This document shows positions 1 through 12,246 of a stretch of DNA of 43,989 nucleotides, piece by piece. Origin of the DNA: Eledone cirrhosa (lineage: Eukaryota); NCBI GenBank assembly GCA_964016885.1, contig CAXHJY010001336.1:1-43989 (forward strand), read 5' to 3'. Within the stretch, counting starts at the first letter, position 1. Each line of letters starts with the position of its first letter. The position numbers and the translations under genes are program-made. The notes beneath the pieces were generated by a model. It was not told the DNA's origin and searched no databases. It saw only the letters and a list, made by a program, of their open reading frames with translations.

Positions 1-175
1 TCCCAGACAAGTAATAGTAATAGTTAATAGATCTTAGTTATTTGTCCCAGACAAGTAATAGTAATAGTTAATAGATGTTAGTTATTTGTCCCAGACAAGT
101 AATAGTAATAGTTAATAGATCTTAGTTATTTGTCCCAGACAAGTAATAGTAATAGTTAATAGATTGTTAGTTATT
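1..175. repeat. 44-bp tandem repeat, ~4 copies, truncated by window start
   Basis: Unit TCCCAGACAAGTAATAGTAATAGTTAATAGATCTTAGTTATTTG recurs at 44-bp spacing. Confidence 0.95.
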
Positions 176-344
176 TCGAAGATGACTCTTCCAGTTATTC
201 ACTCAACAGGATGGCCATGGAATTAATGTACAAGTGAGTAAGTTATCCTATAGCGATGTGTATCTTTAATATAATTCTTAGAGAGATTCAGCATTACACA
301 GTGTGTGACAAAGATGGTTTTTTTTAATTATATGTACAATTCAT

Positions 345-510
345 CAGATGGGTTTCCAAAGATTTTCCATTTAATCAATTTGAATCACAAACCTTTCATT
401 ACCACAAGGCTATGGTAAATGTAAATGATACTTCTCCAAGATGCTAGGCAGTGAAATCGAACCTGGAATCTAAAGATTGTGAAATCAACTCCTTCTCCAT
501 TTGGCCATGT
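345..510 (-). mobile_element. Decayed tRNA-derived SINE
   Basis: Minus strand reads GGTTCGATTTCACTG (B-box-like), then CTTGGAGAAGTATC, similar to the SINE at 5383-5530. Confidence 0.45.
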
Positions 511-521
511 TCTGTCTATGA

Positions 522-721
522 TTAACCCTTTCACATTTACTCTATATTTATTATTGTATTTTGTGGTAAAGGCTTTATTTCACGTAATATTGAATCTATG
601 AGATTTTGATATTTATTTTGAGAATAATATCTTAACATCAGTATGAGTGGCCAATTATGGCCGGTTTGAACAGAAAAAGAATTCTAGCCAGTTAGAGCCA
701 GTTTAAATGCTAAAGGGTTAA
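522..721. mobile_element. piggyBac-like MITE
   Basis: TTAA-CCCTTT at the left end and AAAGGG-TTAA at the right end (TTAA TSD plus short TIRs); no coding capacity. Confidence 0.7.
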
Positions 722-1313
722 GACAAACACATAAATGAAAGAGCACAATAAATTGATGAAAATCTTTAAGGGTTAGCTGTGTCCCAAACTATGATAGTTA
801 ATGTTGAGTGGGCCTATCACAGATGTTATAGAATTCAGGTAGGGAATGTGCTTTTTAATTGAATAGTCTTAGGTTCAATCCTCCTGAATAACTGGCATCC
901 GAGGACTTCTGCTTCAGCTTCACTGATATTTTGGGAAAGAAATTTTGGAAATACAAACAGTGCAAAAGCTCTAGTTTATATCTTCTTCATCTTCATCATT
1001 TTATGTTCACTTTCCATACCAGCATGGGTTGAACTGGTGGTCACAAGCTGAGAAAGTTCTTATTTCGAGTTACTGCCCTCTTAGACATCTTTCTCGTAGC
1101 TTCCATTTTTGGCATGGATTTTAATGGTTAGACACACCTCCTTATCATCAGTCAGTGTGTAGATGTGTGTATACATACATGTGTGCACGTGTGTGTGTAT
1201 GTGTATATATATATATATATATAAGAAAGGTCAACAAAGAAAGACAAAGGGGAACAATACAGTATGATGATGATATATATATTAGCTTAATACTTGATAT
1301 AGTAGGAAGAGAG

Positions 1314-1349
1314 TCTTAAAGTTTCAGAGGTTGGTCCTTCATCAGAAGA
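1314..1349 (-). ncRNA. Degenerate minimal type I hammerhead motif in a Penelope-like remnant (~1225-1520)
   Basis: Minus strand: TCTT-CTGATGA-AGGACCAACCTCT-GAAA-CTTT-AAGA. Core boxes intact; stem III palindrome broken; stem II imperfect. Confidence 0.5.
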
Positions 1350-1575
1350 TAGAATGCGAGCTAGAAGAAAATAGACGTGAGTAAGAAAGGAAAAAACAAA
1401 ACTAAAAAAAAAAAAAATAATAAATTACCGGAGGAAAGCATATGTGTGTTCAGTAAGCCATTTTGGATAAGTGTAGAACAGAATAGGACTTACCTGTAGA
1501 TATAAAAGAGCTATAAGAAGGGTGATAACCATTGTATATTTTGAGTTGTTATGAGTGTGTATATGTGTGTACATA

Positions 1576-1777
1576 TACAAGGGTAAGCTGGAAAGTTCTT
1601 AGGCTGCCTATGAAGGAATGATACTAAAGCTGTGAAATCTTGCATGTATTAATTTCAACTTTTATCATTAATAACTGCATTGTTTCTTTCCAGCGACTAT
1701 GTTAAAAAATAAACCTCATTTGGTCATTCCATGAGAGTATCTTGGTCAGGCTATGAACTTTTAAGCCGATCTTTGTA
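1576..1777. mobile_element. mariner-derived MITE
   Basis: TA-flanked imperfect TIRs TACAAGGGTAAGCTGGAAAGTTC / GAACTTTTAAGCCGATCTTTGTA; second copy at 17482-17683. Confidence 0.75.
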
Positions 1778-2514
1778 CAAAGCCTCCTCTTCTCATCCTC
1801 CACACTGACAACTCTTCAGCCCCTCACTAGCTTCTCTAATGGCAATTGTTTTTGTAGCTATTCCATGTCTCCATCTAGCTGAGAATCATACTATCAAGAA
1901 CAGGTCTTAGAGATTCACTTCTACCTTCTAGTGGTGACTCTCCAGTAACTCTTTGGCACTATCTGTTCCAATGTAGGAACTACCAGTCTGAGAGAGAGAG
2001 CATGCTGAAACCAATCTTTAAAAAAACTATCAAGATTGGAAGTTCAATATATGGTTAAATGCCTACCAAATATAAACAAAACCTTTGAGTACATGGAAGC
2101 TAGGAAAATATTCAACAACAGAAACTTGTGTTTTACAGCTTCCCTTCTTTACTTCCTTTTATTTTCCTTCTCTTCTCCACAATCTGCCTCCCATTGCCCT
2201 CCTTCAATATTTGAAGGTTTTATTTTTATTTTTTCATTTTTTTGCTCTTTCTTATTTTTATTACTTGTCTCACTAGCTCTTTTTGATTACCAACTGTAAG
2301 GAGAACTCAATACTTCCCCTAGTCTGTCGTGGCTTACTAGCTCTATATGGACGTTAAAATTGATTAAATAAATACTGCACATTCTGACATGCAGTGATAA
2401 ATTGCAGTTATTGTTTAGTTCCAAGTCAGATATATCTTTGAGGCAAAAAACTTATGATTAGAGGCCTTCCTGACGTGACTGTTCAGAGAAGTTCTTGTCA
2501 TAGTTAGTGGCTCA

Positions 2515-2810
2515 CCTTACTGAGGTGGCAAGTGATCCCTCTGAGGGTGCTTGGTTGTTTCAGCACCTTAGCCTCGCCATCTTCCAGCCTTACTGAGGTT
2601 TCAAGTGATGCCTCTGGGGGTGCTTGGTTGTTTCAGCACCTTAGCCTCGCCATCACCTCACCTCACCAAGGTATCAGGTAATACCCCTGGTGAGGGTTCT
2701 TGGTTGTTTCAGCACGTTAGCCTCTCTATCATGCAGCTGTACTGAGGTTTCATGTGATGCTTGTGAGGATACTTGGTTGTTTTAGCGTCATAGTCTCGCC
2801 ATCACCTGTG
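2515..2810. repeat. Degenerate ~75-bp tandem repeat, 4 copies
   Basis: CTTGGTTGTTT(C/T)AGC followed by a TAG(C/T)CTC motif recurs four times. Confidence 0.75.
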
Positions 2811-2911
2811 GTAATGCTGCAAGCATGTTGGCTTGCCTCAACATTTTCTGTTGACCTTTGTTGTGTGGGACCAATTGATGTTTTCTTTCTCTTTTTCACT
2901 TTAATTATATA

Positions 2912-3100
2912 GGGTGGTGGATTGGCAGTATCGGTAGAGGGTCGGACGCCATGCTTTGACACAGAGTTACGGCCCTTGCCATTCTGAGTTCAAATCCTGC
3001 CGAGGTTAACTTTGCCCTTCATCATTACGGGCTCGATAAAATAAAGTACCAGTAATCTACTGGATAATTGCTGGCCTTGTGCCAATAGTAGAAACAATTA
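2912..3100 (+). mobile_element. tRNA-derived SINE (octopus-type)
   Basis: A-box-like TGGCAGTATCGG, B-box-like GAGTTCAAATCC, core TTTGCCCTTCATC..GATAAAATAAAGTACCAG; related copies at 4973-5270 and 16432-16650. Confidence 0.8.
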
Positions 3101-3132
3101 TATATTTTTATGTAATATACTTAAAAGGCTCA

Positions 3133-3570
3133 TAGCAATAATATATTTGTCTATAATATTTATAAGGTTCCTAGCAATAATATATTTGTCTATAATATTT
3201 ATAAGGTTCCTAGCAATAATATGTTTGTCTATAATATTTATAAGGTTCCTAGCAATAATATATTTGTCTATAATATTTATAAGGTTCCTAGCAATAATAT
3301 GTTTGTCTATAATATTTATAAGGTTCCTAGCAATAATATATTTGTCTATAATATTTATAAGGTTCCTAGCAATAATATGTTTGTCTATAATATTTATAAG
3401 GTTCCTAGCAATAATATATTTGTCTATAATATTTATAAGGTTCCTAGCAATAATATATTTGTCTATAATATTTATAAGGTTTCTAGCAATAATATGTTTG
3501 TCTATAATATTTATAAGGTTCCTAGCAATAATATATTTGTCTATAATATTTATAAGGTTCCTAGCAATAA
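3133..3570. repeat. 39-bp minisatellite, ~11 copies
   Basis: Unit TAGCAATAATAT(A/G)TTTGTCTATAATATTTATAAGGTTCC. Confidence 0.97.
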
Positions 3571-4147
3571 TTAATTGATTACATGTATGTACTTCTATTT
3601 AATCTTATATATTTGTTATATGATTATAGCAAGGAATACATTGGTCTATAATCTGTAAGGTTTGGGGCTCTCTAGCTTCACATCTAGAAAAACTATTGTA
3701 GTTATTATTGTTGTTTAGTGCTAGATCAACCATGATCAACCAAACATAGTAACAAAGGTGCTTCCAGTTATGGCCAGCTCATCATTTTGTACAGGAACAG
3801 AGACTACATTGGCCAAACATCTGTAAGGCCTCAAGTCTAGTGGTCTGTAGCTTCAATTCAAGAGAAACTATTGTTGTTGTTTAGCCCTAAGTCAGCCCTG
3901 ATCCAACAAGTCCTATGTTTGAGAGAATTTCCAATCATTACCATCTTGTCTGTTTGAATATGATCAAAGGCTACATTGTCTTATATGTCTGTCTTTAGAG
4001 TGTGAATAGAGGGAGATTTGGCAGCTAGTTTTGTTTTCAGGCAGGTTGAGTAACCATATTGAGGCTCTTTCATTGCTTCTTTAGGTTAGCAGGAATGGTG
4101 GTGGTGTGGTGGTAGTGGGACTAGTGCAAGAAATAGTAAATACTTAC

Positions 4148-4351
4148 CCTTTCAAGTTCGTCTCGTAATGAGAAGATGGACCTTTCTCGTAAAACGACAA
4201 GTTCTTCGAGATATTGGTACCGTAGTTTCTTCCTTGCCCGACATTCTCTTGCACTCTGTCGGCTTCTCTCTAGCCGAGCCTTCTGGTCAATTTTCGAAGG
4301 TTTTCTGCCTCTTCTACCAGCTCGTTTCACTGGCCTTTCAGCAGACATTTT
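4148..4351 (-). CDS. CREBL2: Coding exon of a CREBL2 / REPTOR-BP-like bZIP transcription factor (partial gene)
   Basis: Encodes KMSAERPVKRAGRRGRKPSKIDQKARLERSRQSARECRARKKLRYQYLEELVVLRERSIFSLRDELER, the CREBL2 bZIP signature. Acceptor TTCCTACAG before 4351, donor GTAAGT after 4148; 204 nt, phase 0-0; in-frame ATG at 4348. Confidence 0.92.
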
Positions 4352-4494
4352 CTGTAGGAAGCAACAGGAGAAATTCATATTCAATTTAAACAATTAATCT
4401 CAGTCATTTTGTTTTAAGTATTAAACAGATTTTTTTTTTCTAAAAATCTGCTTAAAGAACTTCTTTTTATGCAATTGTGAGTTATATACCGTGA

Positions 4495-4810
4495 CCTCTG
4501 GCGTCACGCAGTAATACAGAGTACCCGACCTCCCATGGGTACAAGCTGAAGCATATAAACAATATGCTCCCACACCCTCCCACTGCAAGGTGGTCGTGGA
4601 GGTGCCACGGCAAAAAACCACCCAGCCCACACTGTAAATGAGGTTGGTGTTAGGAAGGGCATCCAGCTGTAGAAATCAAACCAAATCAGTTCCTGTATGA
4701 GCAAGGCATGGTCAGCCGACCAGACACTGCCCACAATAGGACAACCCATCTAACCCATGCTAGCATGGAAGAACGGACGTAAAACGGTGATGATGATGAT
4801 GATGATGATG
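4495..4810 (+). mobile_element. Non-autonomous retroposon sharing the RTE LINE 3' tail
   Basis: GTTGGTGTTAGGAAGGGCATCCAGCTGTAGAAA..AACCCATGCTAGCATGGAAGAACGGACGTAAAAC(GAT)n matches the tail of the RTE copies at 15597, 34922 and 36401. Confidence 0.75.
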
Positions 4811-4972
4811 ATATCAAATAATAATAATATTCAATTCATTTGCAAGCAAACAGCCTCATTATACTATGTTTTTACATCCTCTTGTTTAGAACAAAATGGT
4901 GGCAATGGTCATATAAAACACATAGTGTAATGAGGCTGTTTGCTTGCAAACAAATCAAATATTATTATTATT
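4811..4972. mobile_element. Small foldback/MITE-like inverted repeat
   Basis: TTTGCAAGCAAACAGCCTCATTATACTATG pairs with CATAGTGTAATGAGGCTGTTTGCTTGCAAA; flanked by (AAT)n/(ATT)n. Confidence 0.7.
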
Positions 4973-5270
4973 CGGTGGATTGGCAGTATTGGTAGAGGGT
5001 TGAATGCCATGCTTTGCAGCATATGGCCCTTTACAGCCTGAGTTCAAATCCTGCCGAAGTTAACTTTGCATTTCATCCTTACTGGGTCGATAAAATAAAG
5101 TACCAGTAACACACTGAGGTAATTGCTGGCCTTGTGCCAAAAGTAGAAACAATTATTATTATATTATTATTTTGCCTTTCATCCCTACGGGGTCGATAAA
5201 ATATAGTACCAGTAATACACTGGGGGGTAATTGCTGGCCTTGTGCCAAAAGTAGAAACAATTATTATTAT
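4973..5270 (+). mobile_element. tRNA-derived SINE plus duplicated 3' half
   Basis: Same family as 2912-3100; TTTGC(A/C)TTTCATCC..GTAGAAACAATTATT occurs twice. Confidence 0.8.
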
Positions 5271-5382
5271 GATTATTATTCGATATAAAACTCACGAATG
5301 CATTTACATATCTGCTATATTATAGCAAAACTAATTTTGTTTTTAACTTCCTTTTAATTTATCGTATTACAATATTGTCACA

Positions 5383-5530
5383 GGCTTGGTTGTCTGGTTA
5401 AGAAATTTGTTTTACAATTACATGGATTTAGTTTCACTGTGTGGTACCCTAGGCAAGTGTCTTCTATCGTAGTATTGGGCTGATCAATGTCTTGTCAGTG
5501 AAGTTAGTAGATTCTATGTGGGAGCTCATC
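5383..5530 (+). mobile_element. Decayed tRNA-derived SINE
   Basis: GGTTGTCTGGTTAAGAA head and CACTGTGTGGTACCCTAGGCAAGTGTCTTCTA core. Confidence 0.55.
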
Positions 5531-5589
5531 ATTTATATATCAGTTAAATTTTGGTTGAAGCCAAGAGGTACATCATGCCAGGGTTTATC

Positions 5590-5745
5590 TCAGTTTCACT
5601 GGTGTTAAGTGGCAGAGTACAAGACTCCTCCCAGGACAGGATGCCAGTCCATCACAGGATTAAATCCCAGCTAATGCTGGTACTAATTTTTAGCTGAGTG
5701 AACTAGAGAAAAAGTGAAATGAAATGTTTGGCTTATGAACACAGT
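5590..5745 (-). mobile_element. Decayed SINE, second family
   Basis: Minus strand CACTCAGCTAAAAATTAGTACCAG..CCTGTGATGGACTGGCATCCTGTCC; related to 24270-24470 (+) and 34040-34210 (-). Confidence 0.5.
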
Positions 5746-5954
5746 ACCAGTTATATCTGGACATGAGATATGGTGGTAATAGAATCTTCATATCTCACTC
5801 TACCATCTTAAAATAAAAAATAAAAGCAAAAACAAATATACTCCCCCCCCCCCCCCACACACACACACTCAGAAAGAGACATTGTACAATGTAGTCTAGG
5901 ATATACACAATTAGCAGGATGTTCACGGATGGAAGGCCAATTACAAAAATGACA

Positions 5955-7725
5955 AGAACAACAACAACAATGACAACATCACCACCACCAACAACAACAA
6001 CGACAACACCACTACCACCAACAACGACAACACCACTACCAACGACAACACCACTACCACCAACACCAACACCACTACCACCACCACCAACAACAACGAC
6101 AACACCACTACCACCAACAACGACAACACCACTACCACCACCAACACCAACACCACTACCACCACCACCAACAACAACGACAACACCACTACCACCAACA
6201 CCACTACCACCAACACCAACACCACTACCACCACCACCAACAACAACGACAACACCACTACCACCACCAACGACAACACCACTACCACCAACACCAACAC
6301 CACTACCACCACCACCAACAACAACGACAACACCACTACCACCACCAACGACAACACCACTACCACCAACACCAACACCACTACCACCACCACCAACAAC
6401 AACGACAACACCACTACCACCACCAATAACAACACCACTACCACCAACAACAATGACAACACCACCACCAACAACGACAACACCACACCACCACCACGAC
6501 AACACCACACCACAACACCAACCACACCACTACCACCACCACCACCACCACCCACCCCACAACACCACTACCACCCCACAACACACACAACACCACCACA
6601 ACCCACAACCACAACACCACCACCCCCACACCAACCACCACACCACACCACACCACAACCACCACCAACACCACCACACACAACCCACCACCACCACCCA
6701 CACCACCCCACCACCACCACCAACCCACCACCACCAACAATACAACACCACTACCACCACCAACAACACCACCACTACTAACAACACCACCAACACCAAC
6801 ACCACTACCACCAACAACAACACCAACACCACTACCACCACCACCACCACCACCACCAACACCACTACCAACAACAACAACACCACTACCAACACCACCA
6901 CTACCACCACCAACAACACCACCACTACTAACAACACCACCAACACCAACACCACTACCACCAACAACAACACCAACACCACTACCACCACCACCACCAC
7001 CACCACCAACACCACTACCAACAACAACAACACCACTACCAACACCACCACTACCACCACCAACAACACCACCACTACTAACAACACCACCAACACCACC
7101 ACCACTACCACCACCAACAACAACACCACTACCACCACCAACACCAACACCACTACCACCACCAACAACACCAACACCACTACCAACAACACCACTACCA
7201 ACAACACCAACACCACTACCACCACCAACAACACCAACACCACTACCACCACCACCAACAACACCAACACCACTACCACCACCACCACTACCACCACCAA
7301 CAACACCAACACCACTACCACCACCAACAACAACACCAACACCACTACCACCACCACCACTACCACCACCAACAACACCAACACCACCACCACTACCACC
7401 ACCAACAACACCAACACCACTACCACCACCAACAACAACACCAACACCACTACCACCACCACCACCACTACCACCAACACCACTACCACCAACAACACCA
7501 CCACTACCACCACCACCAACACCACTACCAACAACACCAACACCACTACCACCACCAACAACAACACCAACACCACTACCACCAACGACAACACCACTAC
7601 CACCACCAACAACAACAACACCACTACCACCAACACCAACACCACTACCAACAACAACAACACCACTACCAACAACAACAACACCACTACCACCAACAAC
7701 AACAATGCGAACAACACCACCACCT
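5955..7725. repeat. Compound (CAC/CAA/CTA)n trinucleotide repeat
   Basis: About 1.8 kb made almost only of C and A on the + strand. Confidence 0.95.
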
Positions 7726-7739
7726 AATAAAGAAGGCAT

Positions 7740-9683
7740 TGTGCTAGCAAAGAGGTTGGCGCTTGTTGTCGGTGGTCTGCAATACATTATGGAGAGGGTA
7801 GCTAATGAACCTAGCACGGGAGGGGCCTTGATCAATTTAGATCAGTCGAAAGCTTTCGATAGGGTCGACCATCGTTATCTGGCGGCAGTCCTGAGGTCAG
7901 CTGGCTTTGGGCTTGTCGTCAGAGGCTGGATCGCTGCCATGCACAGCGACATCTGCTCTGTAGTGAGAGTGAACAGTCACCTTTCGTAATTGTTCAATAT
8001 CATGTACTTGGCCCGCCAAGAATGTCTCCTCTCATTCCTGTTGTATGTATTGACTCTCGAGCCATTACTGCACAAACTGGAGACGTAGAGGGGCGTCCCG
8101 CATGAATTGGAATGTGGGAAAACTGTGTCAGCATATCCTGATGACGTCACTAGTGGTGTCAAGCGCAATGATTAACCAGGAAAAGTCAGTGGGCCTGTGG
8201 CTCGGCACCTGGAGAGGCAGGTCCATGCCATACAACAGCGTCATTGGGCGCTCGACGGATGGACTGGTTAAATTGCTAGGGGTCTGGTTTGATACGGACC
8301 TCCATACGGACAAAAACTGGAGTGAGGTGATGAACAGGGTGGCCTCTCTCACCCAGAAATGGGCTGAGAGGAAGCTATCCCTGAAAGGTTGAGCGGAGGT
8401 GGCGAACGCGTACATCCCGTCCATCTACAACCACCTCACTGTCGTGCCTTGTCTTAAGCCTTGCCTGACTGCATTGAAGCATTTGCTCTTTCGCTTTTTG
8501 TGGAAGGGATGCGCTCTGATGGTCAGGCGGTCCATTTGCTGTCAACACCCGCTACGTGGAGGGCTGGGCATACCATCGCTGATAATGCACAGACATGCGC
8601 TCAGGCTACGGTATCTCCACCTCTTCCTCGACGGTGATTGGGTGTGGTCGCTGTTTGCTAGATGCATTTTTCCTCAGTTCGTTTAATTAATGGAGCTGCA
8701 GTCCTGGATCAAGCGAAGACTGAGAGGGAACGCTTGGAGATTGGAATGTCTTCAGGTGCTCATAGCCCTCGACCAATCGGGTGATGCGATCGGTGAAACT
8801 CCGCCTTGGTGTTCTATAGAGGGTTAGTGGAGGGGAAGAGCGACGACGTCCTTGGGGAGACCCTGGGTGTCGATGAAAATCAACTAGCCAATCTCTTTGG
8901 GAGAACTTTCGGGCGTGGCCCATGGACAACTTCCAGAAATCCCTGGCCTGGCAGTGTTACTGGGGAACTTTGCCAGTTCGGGATAAACTCTACAGGCATG
9001 GAAGTGCCGTCAGCTGGGCCTGTCTGAGAGGCACACAGGGCAACAAAACCATCCTGCATACACTTGTCCAGTGTCCAAGCATTGCTGACTTGTGGGTTTA
9101 TGTCGAACACCTGCTGTTGCGTGTAGGACAGATCCGGCTATCAGCTGAGTCCATCGTGAGGATTGCCCCGCCCTCTTCCTTTAGCCGGAAAGAGCAGGCA
9201 GTTTTTATCTGTCTGGTGGCCATGGCGAAAGAGATAGTGTGGTGGACACGTTTGAAAGGGCTGAAGACGAGCACTTACCTCTTCGGTGATGCCCTGATTA
9301 ACTTTTTCAAATTTTATTTGAAAAGGAAAATCAGGGTAGAGAGGGAAGTGCTCTCTTCCCAGCTTTTTGTTGAAAGATGGGTGAGAGAGGCAAGAATGGC
9401 CCGAGTGAGTGGACCTCCTCTGAGTATGTGTCTGTAAATTAAAGGTGGAAAACTGGGAGAGGGCACTTGCCCTGGTGGTCAGGGTCACTGTGGCTTTTTT
9501 TAATGGGCTTTCTCCACAAGTGTCCCTCGGAGGTCTCCCCCTATTAGGAAATTTTCCTTTGTTTCTTCTTTTGTTATTTCCTTTGTTATTGTTTTTTCTT
9601 TACATGCAGAAATGCCCATTTGTACTGTCCTGTACTGTCCTTAATGTTATACTTTATGTCAACCCTTGTGGTTAATAAATAAA
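7740..9683 (+). mobile_element. 5'-truncated, decayed L1/Tx1-clade LINE (RT and zf-RVT remnant)
   Basis: LINLDQSKAFDRVDHRYL; AYPDDV (YADD-derived); VKLLGVWF; RGGLGIP; AWQCYWGTLPVRDKL..C..H..C; T-rich 3' UTR and AATAAATAAA end; many stops and frameshifts. Confidence 0.85.
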
Positions 9684-9842
9684 GCATTATTAATGGTTAA
9701 AGAATGAAAAGTGGACAGGATATCAACTGAAAACAAAAAAATACTGTGTTAAATACTGCAAGTCACTGAATCACCATTTTGTTTAATTTTCAATGGGATA
9801 GAAATATCTAGAGAATGACAACTGACCACAGATGACGTTTTA

Positions 9843-10028
9843 TTACTATTACTACTACAATTACCACTACCACTATCACCACCACCACTACTTTCACCAC
9901 CACCACATACTACCACTACTACTACCACTACCACTACCACCACCACCACTACTTTCACCACCACCACATACTACCACTACTACTACTAATAATAATACCA
10001 CCACCACTATTACTACTACTATTACAAC
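9843..10028. repeat. (CTA/CCA)n trinucleotide microsatellite
   Basis: Direct inspection. Confidence 0.9.
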
Positions 10029-10254
10029 AATAAAGTTTCAGTGAATTTCTTTATAACTTGACCCAGCTGGCTTAGAGAGAATTATTCTGTATGTCTGGCT
10101 GTCTTACATTTCTCTCTCTCTCTGTTGTGTCAACTAGCATAACTCAGCTGATTAATACACACACATACACACACGTACACATATATTGTTTATTATGACT
10201 AGGTGATGTGTCTTGTTACTCTGGGCAGGCACAATGACACACACACACAAATAT

Positions 10255-10700
10255 ATATCCTGCGAGGGTTGTAGGGGCAGAGTCCTCAAACACTTCCTCC
10301 AGTGGGTCCTGTCAGAAGCAACCATCTCCAACTGATCCAGCTGGATCCCCAAGCAAGACCAGCCAAGCTCATGGATGTTATCCAACCATCTTGCTCAGGG
10401 TCTACCCCTGGGTCTCCTGCCGGTTGGTTTTGCCCATAAAATCTGTCCAGCAATTCTTTCCTGAGACATTCTAACCACATGTCCATAGTATCGGAGCTGT
10501 GATCTCTCAATTCAGAGAAGTAGCAGCTCTACCTGGAGTGACTCTCATCTCCGAGCTGCTCACTCTATTGAGTAACATTACTTCAAAGACTCTTCGGCTG
10601 CTTGTATTTGCAATCGTGTTTTTTCAACCATTCTCCAAGATTCATAACTATAGGTAAGGTTTGGCACAAAAACCAAATTGAAGACAGCAAGTTTGGCTTT
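10255..10700 (-). mobile_element. RTE-clade LINE ORF C-terminal fragment, decayed
   Basis: Minus-strand frames give LWAKPTGRRPRGRP..W.DNI..LEMVASDRTHWR, a typical RTE C-terminus. Confidence 0.75.
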
Positions 10701-11399
10701 TACGCCTACCTTCCTTCTGATTATTAATTAATTTGATTAACAGGAGGCCAGATTGGTAATATTCCTTTAAAGTGTGTACCTGTGAAGATGACTGGGTTTA
10801 TAGTAAAATAATTTAATTGTTTATTGATTACGATATTCTGTATAAAGACAGCTGAGTCCTCCATCTTCTCCCTCTTGTTATGACAACAATCAACATATTC
10901 CATTTTAAATTTATTCAAATCATTTACACTAATTTTCCTTCAAATTTTCTTTAATCATTACTAAATACTCCCAACATCTCTGACCCCTTCCTATATAACC
11001 CTGCCTCTCCAATGACCCAGTCGACCCTGTAAGATGGTCATACTGGTGCCATGACAACCAGCACCCTGTCCATTTTGTGAAATGGCAGTGTTGGTGACAC
11101 AATAAAATCCTCCCAGTACATACTATAAAGTGGTTGGCATTTGGAGAAGTATCCATCCATGGGAAATCAATCTGAAAACAGAGCAAGACAGTCACCTGAC
11201 CTGTCTGGTCTTAATATGTGTGAGTCTCTCTAACCCATCCAAGCATGGGTGTTAAATGGTGATGGTAATGATGATAATCATATGTGTGTGTGTATGTCCT
11301 CCACACACACTAACTTCCTCGATTGTTTTATTTAAAAATGTGCATGTATGTATATGTTTATGCATTTATATACATACATATATATACAGTCCAAATAAA

Positions 11400-11684
11400 T
11401 GAGAAAAATGAGATCGAGATTGTGTAGGTATCACAAGAAAAAACACACAGTCCACGCTGTAATGTGGCCGTGTAGGTAACACGGTAAACAGTTCCCAGTT
11501 CCACACTGTAAATGTGGTTGGTGTTAGGAAGGGCATTCAGCTGTAGAAAACCTACCAGACAGTCCTATATGAGCGAGACACGGTCACCTGACCAACCTTG
11601 CCTCAAGTGGGACAACTCCCGTCTAACCCATGCTAGCGTGGAAAATGGACGTTAAACAAAGATGATGATGATGATGATGATGAT
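11400..11684 (+). mobile_element. RTE LINE 3' UTR fragment
   Basis: Matches 15990-16250; ends GGACGTTAAAC..(GAT)n. Confidence 0.8.
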
Positions 11685-11925
11685 TATATACATATATATA
11701 TATATACATAAATATAAGTATGTACACGTACATACATATATGTATACAGACGTACAGTAGTATGTATATATATATATATATACATACATGCACACATATA
11801 TATATGTACGTATGGATTCACCGAACATTTATTATAATGATCGGTGTGCTTGTAAACAAACATCCCGTATTAAGCCGCAGTGTCTAGCAACCATCGTTGC
11901 TTGTTTGTTCAACACTGACAAAGGA

Positions 11926-11968
11926 ACACTGTACTAGTTTCAAGCTTATTAGCTATCGTCAGCAACGT
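11926..11968 (-). ncRNA. Type I hammerhead ribozyme motif (left arm)
   Basis: Minus strand: ACGTTG-CTGACGA-TAGCTAATAAGCTT-GAAA-CTAG-TA^CAGTGT; palindromic stem III ACTAGT; GUA site. Confidence 0.8.
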
Positions 11969-12203
11969 ATACCTTCCTGCCAGATTGTTGAACGTATATA
12001 CTTACCTTATGCATATTAATGGCTGGGTAGCCCAATTTGCATATCGAGTGGGTTAATTGGCCGGGTGCACCAAAAACGATAAACGGAAAAAATCATTTTC
12101 GGTGTACCCGGCCGATTAACCCACTCGATATGCAAATTGGGCTACTCAGCCGTTAATATGTATAAGGTAAGTATATACGTTAAACAATCTGGCAGGAAGG
12201 TAT

Positions 12204-12246
12204 ATGTTGCTGACGATAGCTAATAAGCTTGAAACTAGTACAGCGT
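12204..12246 (+). ncRNA. Type I hammerhead ribozyme motif (right arm)
   Basis: ATGTTG-CTGACGA-TAGCTAATAAGCTT-GAAA-CTAG-TA^CAGCGT; predicted cleavage after 12240; stem I extends via AAGG/CCTT. Confidence 0.8.

Noticed and set aside
171-240. Possible + strand micro-exon YFEDDSSSYSLNRMAMELMY before GTGAGT
   Set aside because: Weak acceptor overlapping a tandem repeat; no recognisable homology
1900-2380. Possible Penelope GIY-YIG tail or pLTR remnant
   Set aside because: Too decayed; no intact motif could be read
2912-3010. tRNA gene
   Set aside because: A/B boxes are present but there is no cloverleaf; it is a SINE head
3147-3578. Hydrophobic 13-aa repeat ORF
   Set aside because: Translation of a 39-bp minisatellite
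5795-7835. Mucin-like Thr/Pro/Asn and Gly/Val ORFs
   Set aside because: Triplet repeat open in several frames on both strands; no signal peptide or splice support
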